A stretch of 40,978 nt of DNA from Acetobacterales bacterium (GTDB lineage: Bacteria; Pseudomonadota; Alphaproteobacteria; Acetobacterales; Acetobacteraceae). This document shows positions 28,114 to 36,878 of this stretch, in pieces. Every line of letters begins with the position of its first letter. Positions within the stretch are counted from its first letter, which is position 1. The stretch spans positions 1-40,978 of the forward strand of contig JBBSCP010000001.1 of the NCBI GenBank assembly GCA_038250135.1, given 5' to 3'. Made by a program: the position numbers and the translations under genes. The notes beneath the pieces were generated by a model. It was not told the origin of the DNA, searched no databases, and saw nothing but the letters and a program-made list of their open reading frames with translations.

Positions 28114-28977
28114 TTGAACGCAAAGCCCGACAACCTTCGCGGCGCCATGCTGATGGCCGCTGCGGCGCTGATCTTCGCGGTGGAACTGCTGTTCATCCGC
28201 TGGTTGGGCGCACGCGGCATCCCCACCGAGGTGCAGGTCACGGCGCGCGCCGCGGGCCAGCTTCTCTGGGTCGCGCCGACCATCCTCGCCACCGGCATCG
28301 CCGTATTCCGCACGAAGCGCCTGGCGCTGCATCTGCTGCGCGGCTGCGCCTCGCTGGTCACCTGGGCGCTGTACTATTTCTCCTTCACGCGGCTCGACCT
28401 CGCGACGGGCACGGTGCTGTCCTTCACCAATGTGATGTTCACCACCATGCTTGCCGGCCCTTTGCTCGGCGAGCGGGTGGATCGTTGGCGCTGGATAGGC
28501 ACGCTGGCGGGGCTGCTTGGCGTGGCCGTGATGCTGCGGCCGGGCAATACGCTCGACCCGCTCGGCGCCGCGGCGGCAATCGGCGCGGCGGCGGCGTGGT
28601 GCGGCATCACCCTGACCAGCCGCATGCTGACAGCGACGGAAAGCACGCGCACCGTGATCGCCTATGTCGGCCTCGTCACCACGGCGGGCGCCCTGCCCTT
28701 CGGCATCATGGCCTGGGTGCCGCTCGGCCTGATGGATGGCCTGCTGCTTCTGGTCTTCGGGCTGTTGGCGCCGGGCATCATCTATCTGGTGACCGAGGCG
28801 CTGCGCTTCGGCGAGGCCAGCGCCATCGCGCCCATCCAGTATCTGCGCCTGGTGGTCGTGGCGGCCGCGGGCTGGGCGATCTGGGGCGAGGTGCCGGACC
28901 TGTATGGCTGGATCGGCGCGGCGATCATCCTGTCGGGCGCGCTGGTCATCACGGTGGCGGAAGCGCGCCGGCGATGA
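28114..28977 (+). CDS. DMT (EamA-like) family transporter
   Basis: About 10 TM segments; motifs LLRG, LLGERV...RW, LRPG, APIQYLRL and WGEVPD. Start TTG 28114 or ATG 28147. Confidence 0.88.
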   Translation: MNAKPDNLRGAMLMAAAALIFAVELLFIRWLGARGIPTEVQVTARAAGQLLWVAPTILATGIAVFRTKRLALHLLRGCASLVTWALYYFSFTRLDLATGTVLSFTNVMFTTMLAGPLLGERVDRWRWIGTLAGLLGVAVMLRPGNTLDPLGAAAAIGAAAAWCGITLTSRMLTATESTRTVIAYVGLVTTAGALPFGIMAWVPLGLMDGLLLLVFGLLAPGIIYLVTEALRFGEASAIAPIQYLRLVVVAAAGWAIWGEVPDLYGWIGAAIILSGALVITVAEARRR

Positions 28978-29897
28978 GCCCCATGGTGCGCGCCGTGCTG
29001 CTCAGCATCGCGGCCGCCTTGTTCTTCACGCTGGAGACGATGGTGGTGAAGGCCATCACCGACGTGCCGCTCGCCACCATCGTGCTGGCGCGCTCCATCG
29101 GCCAGTTGCTGTGGACCGCACCCGCCATCCTGCGCGACCCGATCGGCCTGATGCGCACGCGCGCCCTGCCGATGCAGATCCTGCGCGGGCTGCTCTCGAT
29201 CACTTCCTGGTACCTGTATTTCTTCGCCTTCAGCGGCCTGCCGTTGGCAACCGCGACGGTGCTGTCCTTCACCTCCGTCCTGTTCGTCACCGCGCTGGCC
29301 GGGCCGGTTTTGGGCGAGCGCGTCCGCCTGCGCCGCTGGAGCGCCACGGTGGTGGGCTTCGCCGGCGTGCTCGTCATCCTGCGGCCCGGCGCGCTGCCGC
29401 TCGACTGGTCGGTGGCGGCGAGCATCGGCTCGGCGCTGTTGGGGGCGGTGATCCTGCTCACCACGAAGCTGCTCTCCCGGGCCGAGCGCACCGACACGAT
29501 CATGTTCTACATTGGCATCGTCGCCGTCAGTGTCTCCCTGCCGGTGGCCTGGAGTGGCCTCGCCTGGCCGGGATGGTCGAGCCTGGGGATGCTGGTTTTG
29601 GTCGGGCTCTGCGGGCCGGTCGCGATGCATCTGTGGATCACCTCGCTGCGCCTTGCCGATGCCTCCTTCCTTGCCCCGATCAGCTACGTGCGGCTGATCT
29701 TCGCCGCCGGGTTCGGCATCGCGCTGTTCAACGAGGGTCTGGATTGGGGGCTCGGCCTGGGTGCTGCGCTGATCATCGGCAGCGCGATCTACATCACACG
29801 GCGCGAGGCGCAGGTGGCGCGTGCGGCTCAGCTGCGGAAGCCCGACTCCGCGACCGCCGCCTCCAGCACCGACTCCGGCAATCCGAAAGCCCGGTAG
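28974..29897 (+). CDS. DMT (EamA-like) family transporter, tandem paralogue
   Basis: ATGA overlap with the previous gene; motifs ILRG, VLGERVRLRRW, LRPG and APISYVRL. Confidence 0.88.
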   Translation: MSPMVRAVLLSIAAALFFTLETMVVKAITDVPLATIVLARSIGQLLWTAPAILRDPIGLMRTRALPMQILRGLLSITSWYLYFFAFSGLPLATATVLSFTSVLFVTALAGPVLGERVRLRRWSATVVGFAGVLVILRPGALPLDWSVAASIGSALLGAVILLTTKLLSRAERTDTIMFYIGIVAVSVSLPVAWSGLAWPGWSSLGMLVLVGLCGPVAMHLWITSLRLADASFLAPISYVRLIFAAGFGIALFNEGLDWGLGLGAALIIGSAIYITRREAQVARAAQLRKPDSATAASSTDSGNPKAR

Positions 29898-30247
29898 CCC
29901 TGCCGCAGATGCGCGACATAGGCCGCACCGGGCGGCCCCGGGCGGTTCAAGGCCTCGACATAGATCCAGGCCTCGCCGCCCTCGGGCAGCGTCACGCGCA
30001 GGCGACGATAGGCGCCGAGCGCCACCCCTTCCGCCCGGTCGAGCGCGGCCAGATGGGCAGCGTTGATGCGCCACAGGCCAACCGGCACCGCGCCCTCCGG
30101 CGTCTCGACGATGCTGGCGAAGCGTTGCAGCCGAAGCCGCCAGCCGGGCAGCCGCACGGCGCCGATCATCTCCGTACCAAAACAGCGGGCGCGCATCCGC
30201 GCAGGGTCGAGGTTGCTGCCATAGGCGGCGTAGGGAATATCCAGCAT
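29828..30247 (-). CDS. Gamma-glutamylcyclotransferase (GGCT/AIG2-like) family protein
   Basis: Motifs YAAYGSNL, LDRAEG...AYRR and AWIY. Confidence 0.85.
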   Translation of the reverse strand: MLDIPYAAYGSNLDPARMRARCFGTEMIGAVRLPGWRLRLQRFASIVETPEGAVPVGLWRINAAHLAALDRAEGVALGAYRRLRVTLPEGGEAWIYVEALNRPGPPGAAYVAHLRQGYRAFGLPESVLEAAVAESGFRS

Positions 30248-30294
30248 GCCGCCCGAGGCTGGCGCGGCGCGCTGTGCCTGGCAAGGAGGTGCGG

Positions 30295-31704
30295 ATGATC
30301 CTGCTGATCCAGGCCGCGCCGCTGGCGCTGCTGCTGGCGCTGCTGCTGAGCGGTCGCGCCGGCCCGGTGCCGGCCGTGCTGGTGGCGCTGGCCCTGGCCG
30401 TGCCCGCCACGCTGCTCAGCCTGCCCGAGGCCACGCCAGCCGCCAGCTTCCTGGTCACCGAGACGCTGCGCGGCGCCTTCCTTGCGTCCAAGCCGATCGG
30501 CGTGGTGGTGGGCGGGCTGCTGTTCCACGCCGCCGTTTCCCGACCGTCGGAAGCGGCGCCCCGTGCGCCCGAAGCCCGACGCATCTTCGCCGCCACGCTG
30601 CTGGCCGGCACCTTCCTCGAAAGCGTCACAGGCTTCGCCGTCGGCGCGGTGTTTGCGCTCTCGGCGCTGCGCGGCATGGGTCTCGGCGGCGCGCCGGCCG
30701 GGGCGCTGGCGCTGCTGGCGCTGACGCTCGTGCCCTGGGGCGGGCTCGGGCCCGGCACGGCGCTGGGCGCCGCGCTGATCGGGCTGCCGGCGCAGGAGGT
30801 GGCGGCGGCCACGGCGGGGCCGAATGCCGTCTGGTTCGTGCTGCTCGCGCCGGTCTTTTGGCGGCTCTGCACGGCGGCCGGCGTGGCCGTGCCGGCGCGG
30901 GAGAAGCTCGTGCAGCTCGGCATCCTCACCGGCATGGCGGCGGGCTTGGTGCTCGCCCACGCCGTCATGCCCTTCGAGGTGGTGGGCCTCGTCGTCTCCG
31001 GCGTGCCGCTGCTGGCGGTATTGTGGTGGCTCGACCCGCCGGCGGATGCGGCGGCCTGGCGCGCGGCCCTGCGGCGACTCGCCCCCTATCTGGGGCTGAC
31101 GGCGGCGCTGCTCGGTGCGCGCAGCCTCCCCGGCGCACCGAGCTGGACACCCTTCGCGGACCTGCCGGGCTTCGCGCTCACCCATGTCGCCGTGGTGCTG
31201 TGGGTGGTGGCGGGGCTGCTGCTGGCACGGCGCGCAGATGGCGCCGCGGGCGCCATGGCAGCACTTTCCCGCGCGCGAAAGCCGGCCATCGCCATGTTGC
31301 TTTACGTCATCCTGGCGCGCTGGATGGCAGGCTCTGGCGCCTCGGCCGCGCTGGCACAAGGTGCTGCGGAGGGGTTGGGCACGGCGGCACCCTTCGCCAT
31401 CCCGGCGCTCGGGCTGATCTCGGGACTGGTGACGGGCAGCAATGTCGGCTCCAACGCCGCGCTGATGACCGTGCAGGCCGCCCTCGGCGTGGCGGCCGGG
31501 CTGCCCACGATGCTGGCGCCTGCCCTGCACAATTTCGCGGGTTCGGCTGGGGCCGGCATGTCCTTCGCGGTGACGGCGATGATCTGCGGTCTGCTGGCCG
31601 ATGGCACGCGGCCGGCGCAGCTGTGGCGATTGCTGGCACCCTCACTGGCCGCCGTGCTGGCGGTGGGTTGGGCGTGGGTGGCGCTGTTCTCGGGCTGGCG
31701 CTGA
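30295..31704 (+). CDS. L-lactate permease-like membrane protein (469 aa)
   Basis: AGGAGG RBS; highly hydrophobic; FLESVTGFAVG, VPWGGLG and VTGSNVGSNA resemble LctP motifs. Confidence 0.65.
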   Translation: MILLIQAAPLALLLALLLSGRAGPVPAVLVALALAVPATLLSLPEATPAASFLVTETLRGAFLASKPIGVVVGGLLFHAAVSRPSEAAPRAPEARRIFAATLLAGTFLESVTGFAVGAVFALSALRGMGLGGAPAGALALLALTLVPWGGLGPGTALGAALIGLPAQEVAAATAGPNAVWFVLLAPVFWRLCTAAGVAVPAREKLVQLGILTGMAAGLVLAHAVMPFEVVGLVVSGVPLLAVLWWLDPPADAAAWRAALRRLAPYLGLTAALLGARSLPGAPSWTPFADLPGFALTHVAVVLWVVAGLLLARRADGAAGAMAALSRARKPAIAMLLYVILARWMAGSGASAALAQGAAEGLGTAAPFAIPALGLISGLVTGSNVGSNAALMTVQAALGVAAGLPTMLAPALHNFAGSAGAGMSFAVTAMICGLLADGTRPAQLWRLLAPSLAAVLAVGWAWVALFSGWR

Positions 31705-31818
31705 TTGCCTATATCGGCGCCGAATTGCTGTGGGAGGGCACGGTGATGGCCAACGCAACCCTGGCTCTGGGCCTGCCCATCCCCGCCCCGGCGCCGTGAG
31801 GCGAAGCCCGGGGCAGGA

Positions 31819-31848
31819 TTGAATCGTGACGGTCCTTCCACCTATACA
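31819..31848 (+). promoter_or_regulatory. Putative sigma70 promoter for the TRAP operon
   Basis: TTGAAT-N18-TATACA, 55 bp upstream of dctP. Confidence 0.4.
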
Positions 31849-31903
31849 GGAGGAGTTCCAGCGGTGCCGGACCGGGCGCCCCTGTCTCAGGGAGAGAAAC
31901 CTC

Positions 31904-32872
31904 ATGAAGTTGGCCCATCATCTCGCGCTGGCCGCCGCATTGGCCCTGCCGGTGGCTGCGCAAGCGCAGACCCAGATCACCGTGCAGCATGCGCTGCCGC
32001 TGAACAGCCATTACGGCGCCGGCGCCAGCGCCTTCAAGGAGGCCTTCGAGGCCGCGACGGCTGGCCGCTTCCGCGTCAACCTCCAGCGTAACGACAATGA
32101 GCGCGAGATGGTCGAGAGCGTGCAGATCGGCACGCTCGACTGCACCATCACCTCGACCGGCCCCGTCGGCAACTTCGTGGCCGAGGTCCGCAACCTCGAC
32201 GTGCCCTTCCTGTTCCGCGACACGGCGCATGCGCGCGGCGTGCTGGACAGCGCGATCGGCCAGGAGTTGCTCGGCCGCTTCACGCCGCGCGGCCTGGTCG
32301 GCGTGGTCTGGATGGAGAACGGCTTCCGCCACCTGACCAATTCGCGGCGCGAGGTGAACACGCCCGCCGATGTGCGCGGCCTGAAGGTGCGCACCATGGA
32401 AAACCAGGTGCACATGCGCGCCTTCACCACGCTGGGCGCGCTGCCGACGCCGATGGCGTTCTCCGAGCTGGTCCCGGCATTGCAGCAGGGCACGGTCGAT
32501 GGCCAGGAAAACCCCATCCCGGTGATCGTGGCGAACAACCTCAACCAGGTGCAGCGCTTCCTGACGCTGACCGGCCATGTCTATTCCCCGGCCATCATGA
32601 TCTGCAACCCCGCCGCACTGGCACGCCTGAACGCCGCCGATCGCGCGGCCTTCGCCGCCGCCGCCACCGCCGCCGCCGCCGCCAACCGCGCGCGCGTGAC
32701 ATCGGATGAGAATTCGGGCGTCGAGGAACTGCGCCGTCGCGGCATGACGGTGGTGACGCAGGTGGACAGCGCCGCCTTCCAGACCGCGCTGGCCCCGGCC
32801 TTCGCCGAATATGAGCGCACGCTGGATGGCGCGCTGATGCGCCGCATCCGCGACTGGCGCCCGGCCTCCTAG
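31904..32872 (+). CDS. dctP: TRAP transporter substrate-binding protein (322 aa)
   Basis: Signal peptide; motifs EREMVESVQIG, PFLFRD, ENGFR, GLKVRT, ALQQGTVDGQENP and LTGHVY. Confidence 0.92.
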   Translation: MKLAHHLALAAALALPVAAQAQTQITVQHALPLNSHYGAGASAFKEAFEAATAGRFRVNLQRNDNEREMVESVQIGTLDCTITSTGPVGNFVAEVRNLDVPFLFRDTAHARGVLDSAIGQELLGRFTPRGLVGVVWMENGFRHLTNSRREVNTPADVRGLKVRTMENQVHMRAFTTLGALPTPMAFSELVPALQQGTVDGQENPIPVIVANNLNQVQRFLTLTGHVYSPAIMICNPAALARLNAADRAAFAAAATAAAAANRARVTSDENSGVEELRRRGMTVVTQVDSAAFQTALAPAFAEYERTLDGALMRRIRDWRPAS

Positions 32873-32975
32873 AGCACGATCGATCCTCCTGGACTGATCT
32901 CGTGCTCTGGAAACCATGGAATCTACAGCACGCAATCCGCTCACATTGGTTCGATGCGAGCGGATAGTGCTGTAG
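32869..32975. repeat. 107-bp double-hairpin palindromic element (alphaproteobacterial RIME/MITE-like)
   Basis: Hairpin 1 CTAGAGCACGA...TCGTGCTCTGG (32869-32910); hairpin 2 CTACAGCAC..ATCCGCTC...GAGCGGAT.GTGCTGTAG (32923-32975). Begins at the dctP TAG. Confidence 0.65.
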
Positions 32976-33044
32976 CATCAGGCCTTGGCATTGCGAGGGG
33001 CGCGGGGCGATGCCTCGCGCCCCTGTTCGTATCCGGGAGTGGCG

Positions 33045-33641
33045 ATGAACGCGATGAACCTGCTGCCCCTGCAAATCACCGGGGCGCTGACGGTACTGGT
33101 GGTCGCGCTGGCGCTCTGGGCCCGTAAGGGCGATGGCGCACAGGCCGCTGTGCGGCGCGCTGTGCTGGCGCTGGACCGCATCAGCAGCGGTGCCGCCTCG
33201 GCCCTCGCCTGCGCAGCCCTCGCGCTCGCGGTGGGGGCGGGGATGTGGCAGGTGGTGGCGCGTTTTGCGACAGAAACACCCTCGATCTGGTCCGAGGCGC
33301 TGGTGCGCACGGCACTGATCTGGATGGCCTATCTCGGCGTCGCTGTCGCCTTGCGCACTGGCGCGCTGGTGTCGATCGACGTGGCGCATCGCTACGCCAG
33401 CGGCCGGCTGCGGCTTGGGATCGAGGCTGCCGCACTGGCCTCGAGCCTCTCCTTCATGGGCGTGATGTTCTGGTTCGGCTGGACCATGACGCAGCGCGTG
33501 CGGTTCCAGGAGATGGCGGGGCTCGAAGTGTCGATGTCCTGGGGCTACGCGGCGATTCCGATCGGGGCATTGTTTGCGATGGTGGGGGCGGTTGCGCATT
33601 TCCTCGACCGGCGCTCGGACGAGCTGGAGCTGGCCGTATGA
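33045..33641 (+). CDS. dctQ: TRAP transporter small permease
   Basis: Motifs WSEALVR...IWMAYLG, VSIDV and MSWGYAAIPIG; extra N-terminal TM segment; GGGAG RBS. Confidence 0.88.
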   Translation: MNAMNLLPLQITGALTVLVVALALWARKGDGAQAAVRRAVLALDRISSGAASALACAALALAVGAGMWQVVARFATETPSIWSEALVRTALIWMAYLGVAVALRTGALVSIDVAHRYASGRLRLGIEAAALASSLSFMGVMFWFGWTMTQRVRFQEMAGLEVSMSWGYAAIPIGALFAMVGAVAHFLDRRSDELELAV

Positions 33642-33699
33642 GCTCGGGCGATGGCACGACCAGGCAGCCCGCCGGCGCCCGGCACCTCAGGGCACAGTC

Positions 33700-34977
33700 A
33701 TGAGCGGGATGATGCTCACCGTGATGCTGGTGCTGTTCGCCGCCAGCATCCCCGTCGCGATCGCCATCGGCCTTGCCGCCGTGATCGGCATCCAGGGCTA
33801 CACCAGCTTCCCGATGATCGTGGCTGCGCAACAATTGTTCGTGGCACTCGACAAGTTTCCGCTCGCGGCGATTCCCTTCTTCATCCTGGCCGGCAACCTC
33901 ATGGATGTCGGGGGCATCTCCCGCCGGTTGGTGGCCTTCGCGCAGTCGATCGTGGGCGGCATCCAAGGCGGGCTGCCGGCTACCTGCGTCGTCACCTGCA
34001 TGATCTTCGCCGCGATCAGCGGCAGCTCCGTCGCCACCACTTTCGCCATCGGCGCGATCATGATCCCGGCGCTGGTGCGCGCAGGCTACCCCGTGGCTTT
34101 CGCGGCGGCGTTGCAGGCGACCGCGGCGGAACTCGGCGTGATCATCCCGCCCTCGATCCCGATGATCCTCTATGGTGTGACGACACAGACCAGCATTCCC
34201 GAGCTGTTCATCGCCGGCCTTGGCCCGGGAATCCTGATCGGCGCGGCGCTGATCGCCACCGTGCTGATCTGGTGCCGGATCAAGGGCTGGGGCAAGCAGG
34301 ATGGCGAGGGCCGCCTGTCCTTCGGCGCGGCGTTGCGCCAGGCGGGATGGGCGCTGTTCATGCCCGTCGTCGTGCTCGGCGGCATCTACGGCGGCGTCAC
34401 CACACCGACCGAGGCCAGCGTCGTTGCCGTGGTCTATGCCATCCTGATTGGCATGTTCGTCCATCGCGAGCTCGGCTGGCGGGACCTCTATCCGATCTTT
34501 CGCAAATCCGTGGTCAGCTCCGCGGTGATCCTGTTCATCATCGCCTGCGCGGCGCTGTTCTCCTGGTTGCTCAACCGCCAGGGCGTGCCGGACCTCGCCG
34601 CCGCCTGGCTGGTAGAAACCTTCGATGGCGCGACGCTTTATCTGCTCGGCGTCAACCTGTTTCTGTTCGTCGTCGGCATGTTCGTCGAGACCAGCGCCTC
34701 GATCATCGTGCTCGCGCCGATCCTGCAGGAGGCGGCGGAGCGCTTCGGCATCGATGGCGTGCATTTCGGCACGATCATGGTGGTGAACCTCGCCATGGGC
34801 ATGATCACGCCGCCCTTCGGTGTGAACCTGTTCGCCGCGGCGCAGGTTGCGGGCACGAGCATCGACAAGATGATGCGCTACCTGCCGGTCTTCATCGGCG
34901 TGATCTTCGCCTGCCTGATGCTGATCACCTATGTCCCCTGGATCACGCTGACGCTGCCGAATCTGGTCTTCCGATGA
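33700..34977 (+). CDS. dctM: TRAP transporter large permease (425 aa)
   Basis: Motifs AIPFFILAGNLM, FAAISGSS, IIPPSIPMILY, TPTEAS and ITPPFGVNLF. Confidence 0.93.
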   Translation: MSGMMLTVMLVLFAASIPVAIAIGLAAVIGIQGYTSFPMIVAAQQLFVALDKFPLAAIPFFILAGNLMDVGGISRRLVAFAQSIVGGIQGGLPATCVVTCMIFAAISGSSVATTFAIGAIMIPALVRAGYPVAFAAALQATAAELGVIIPPSIPMILYGVTTQTSIPELFIAGLGPGILIGAALIATVLIWCRIKGWGKQDGEGRLSFGAALRQAGWALFMPVVVLGGIYGGVTTPTEASVVAVVYAILIGMFVHRELGWRDLYPIFRKSVVSSAVILFIIACAALFSWLLNRQGVPDLAAAWLVETFDGATLYLLGVNLFLFVVGMFVETSASIIVLAPILQEAAERFGIDGVHFGTIMVVNLAMGMITPPFGVNLFAAAQVAGTSIDKMMRYLPVFIGVIFACLMLITYVPWITLTLPNLVFR

Positions 34978-35654
34978 CCGTCAGCGCCCTCGCGCCCCGC
35001 ACGCCGCGCCCTGCGCCCGTCGTCGGTGGTCCGGCAGCGCTGAAGCATCTGCGGCGCGATCCGATGCTCAAGGCCGTCATTCGCGCCAGCGGTCCCTGCA
35101 CGCTGCGGCCGATGCGGCGCGAACCCTATGAGGCGCTGGTCCGCGCCATTGCACATCAGCAGGTGCATGGCCGCGCGGCGGAGGCAATTCTGGGCCGCTT
35201 CGTGGCACTTTTCCCGGGCCATGATTTCCCGCCCGCCGTGGCCGTGCTGACGGCACCGGCCGAGGCACTGCGCGGCTGCGGCCTGTCTGGCAACAAGGTG
35301 GCCGCCATTCGCGACATCGCGGAAAAATCGGTGGGCGGCCTGGTGCCGACGCGGAAAATCGCCGCCCGCATGAGTGACGAGAAGCTGATCGAGCATCTGG
35401 TGCAGATCCGCGGCGTCGGGCGTTGGACGGTGGAGATGTTCCTGATCTTCACCCTCGGCCGGCCCGATGTGCTGCCCATCGATGATTTCGGCGTGCGCGA
35501 GGGCTATCGCGTCGCCGCCGGGCTCGAGGAGCAGCCAAAGCCGCGCGACCTGGCGACGATCGGCGAGGCCTGGGCGCCGTATCGCTCCGTCGCCGCCTGG
35601 TATCTCTGGCGCGCCGCGGATGCCGCCAAGGCAAGCCGCTTCAAGCCGCAATAG
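34974..35654 (+). CDS. alkA: DNA-3-methyladenine glycosylase II family (HhH-GPD) protein (226 aa)
   Basis: Motifs AIAHQQV, LRGCGLSGNK, IRGVGRWT (HhH), LPIDD and WAPYRS; ATGA overlap with dctM. Confidence 0.88.
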   Translation: MTVSALAPRTPRPAPVVGGPAALKHLRRDPMLKAVIRASGPCTLRPMRREPYEALVRAIAHQQVHGRAAEAILGRFVALFPGHDFPPAVAVLTAPAEALRGCGLSGNKVAAIRDIAEKSVGGLVPTRKIAARMSDEKLIEHLVQIRGVGRWTVEMFLIFTLGRPDVLPIDDFGVREGYRVAAGLEEQPKPRDLATIGEAWAPYRSVAAWYLWRAADAAKASRFKPQ

Positions 35655-36831
35655 CCTCGATCAGCGCCGGGATGCTGGCCTTGAACGGAAAGAAACCCTT
35701 GGTCGCGCGCGGCCAGCAGGCGTCGTCCCACCCACGCCGCAGGCGCAGCAGCTTCACCCCGGCGAGCGCCTCCGCCGTCCAGCCGACCGGCGCCCAGGGG
35801 CTCACCACCGGCACCGGCTGCGCCGCAATCCAGCCCGCGAGATCGCGGGACGCGAGCATCACCTTGGGGGCATTGAAATGCGCGCCGGCGCGCGCCACCC
35901 CATCGGCCAGCGCCGTTCGCACATAGCCCGCGACAAGGGCCGAACAACCCATCGGCGAGCGCGCCTCCGGCACGGCGAGGCCGGCAACGGCGGTCACGCG
36001 CGTGCCCGGCGGCAGCAGGCTTTCGGCGTGCAGATCATCCTCATGCAGCAGCAGCGCGACGGGGCCGCGGGGCAGCGCATCGCCAGCGCGCAGCTTCTGG
36101 ACCGGCGGCAGCGGTGGCGCTTCGAGCGGCGGCGGATTCTCCTCCAGCTCGCCTCGCGGATCGAAGCGTCCGTTGGTATATCGAGCAATGTTCTCGGCCC
36201 GCGCGACGTAGTGCTTGCCCCGCGTCTGCATCCCCGCGACCCAGCGCCAGGACAGCGTGTTGGACGCCGCATCGCCATCCAGCAGGTGCCGCAGGAACAG
36301 ATCGGCTCCCAGGGTCCAGGGCAGGCGCAGCGTGAAGATCCAGATGCTGGCGAACCACATGCGCGCATGGTTGTGCAGCCAGCCTGTCTCGCGCAGTTCC
36401 GTCATCCAGGCATCGAAGCAGGCAATGCCTGTCTCGCCCGCCTCGGCCCGTTCCGCCGCGCGGCGGCTTCCGCCTTGGATGCGCAAACCCATGAGTGCCT
36501 GTGCAAGTTCATGCTGGTAGGTCACCCAAAGTTCGGGGCGTAGCTCAAGAAAACCCTTCCAGTAGCTGCGCCAGAACACCTCCTGGATGAACTTCTCCGC
36601 GCCCTGCAAGCCGTGGGTCGCCAACGCCGTCGCCACAACCTCGCGCTCCGTCACCAGGCGATGGCGCAGCGCGGGGGAGAGGCGCGAGACGTCTTGGCGT
36701 CGCCCCGGCCCGGCATCGGTGTTGCGCCCGGCCGCGTAGTGAGGCCCCATGCGCGGGGCGAATCCGGCGAGGCGCTGCAGCGCGCCGGCGCGGTCGCAGG
36801 CGAAGGTCTCACCAGGGGGCCCAGATTTCAT
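35641..36831 (-). CDS. Short photolyase with N-terminal FAD-binding domain (NewPHL-type inverted architecture, ~396 aa)
   Basis: FAD-domain motifs SRLSP, KFIQEVFWR, TGIACFD, TGWLHNHARMWFAS and LLDGDAASNTLSWRWVAG in the N-terminal two-thirds, followed by an alpha/beta region (LLLHEDDL). ATG 36831 avoids overlap with the divergent gene. Confidence 0.82.
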   Translation of the reverse strand: MKSGPPGETFACDRAGALQRLAGFAPRMGPHYAAGRNTDAGPGRRQDVSRLSPALRHRLVTEREVVATALATHGLQGAEKFIQEVFWRSYWKGFLELRPELWVTYQHELAQALMGLRIQGGSRRAAERAEAGETGIACFDAWMTELRETGWLHNHARMWFASIWIFTLRLPWTLGADLFLRHLLDGDAASNTLSWRWVAGMQTRGKHYVARAENIARYTNGRFDPRGELEENPPPLEAPPLPPVQKLRAGDALPRGPVALLLHEDDLHAESLLPPGTRVTAVAGLAVPEARSPMGCSALVAGYVRTALADGVARAGAHFNAPKVMLASRDLAGWIAAQPVPVVSPWAPVGWTAEALAGVKLLRLRRGWDDACWPRATKGFFPFKASIPALIEAIAA

Positions 36832-36878
36832 GCTTACGAGATCGGGTGGTGCGGCGGGAAGGCAAGCTTGGGGGTGAG

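Noticed and set aside
29828-29897. 70-bp convergent overlap of the second DMT gene and the GGCT gene
   Set aside because: Short tail overlaps recur in this window (14 bp at two other junctions) and are common in GC-rich genomes.
28782-31799. ORFs 28782..30968 (-), 30166..31530 (-) and 30246..31799 (+)
   Set aside because: Arg/Ala/Gly-rich alternative frames over real membrane-protein genes; only the last ~40 codons of 30246..31799 look protein-like and are reported separately.
33651-34973. N-terminal extension making AlkA a 667-aa protein
   Set aside because: Off-frame overlap with dctM; AlkA homology starts after ATG 34974.
36832-36878. LexA (GTTC-N7-GTTC) box upstream of the photolyase
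   Set aside because: No such direct repeat in the 47-bp intergenic gap.
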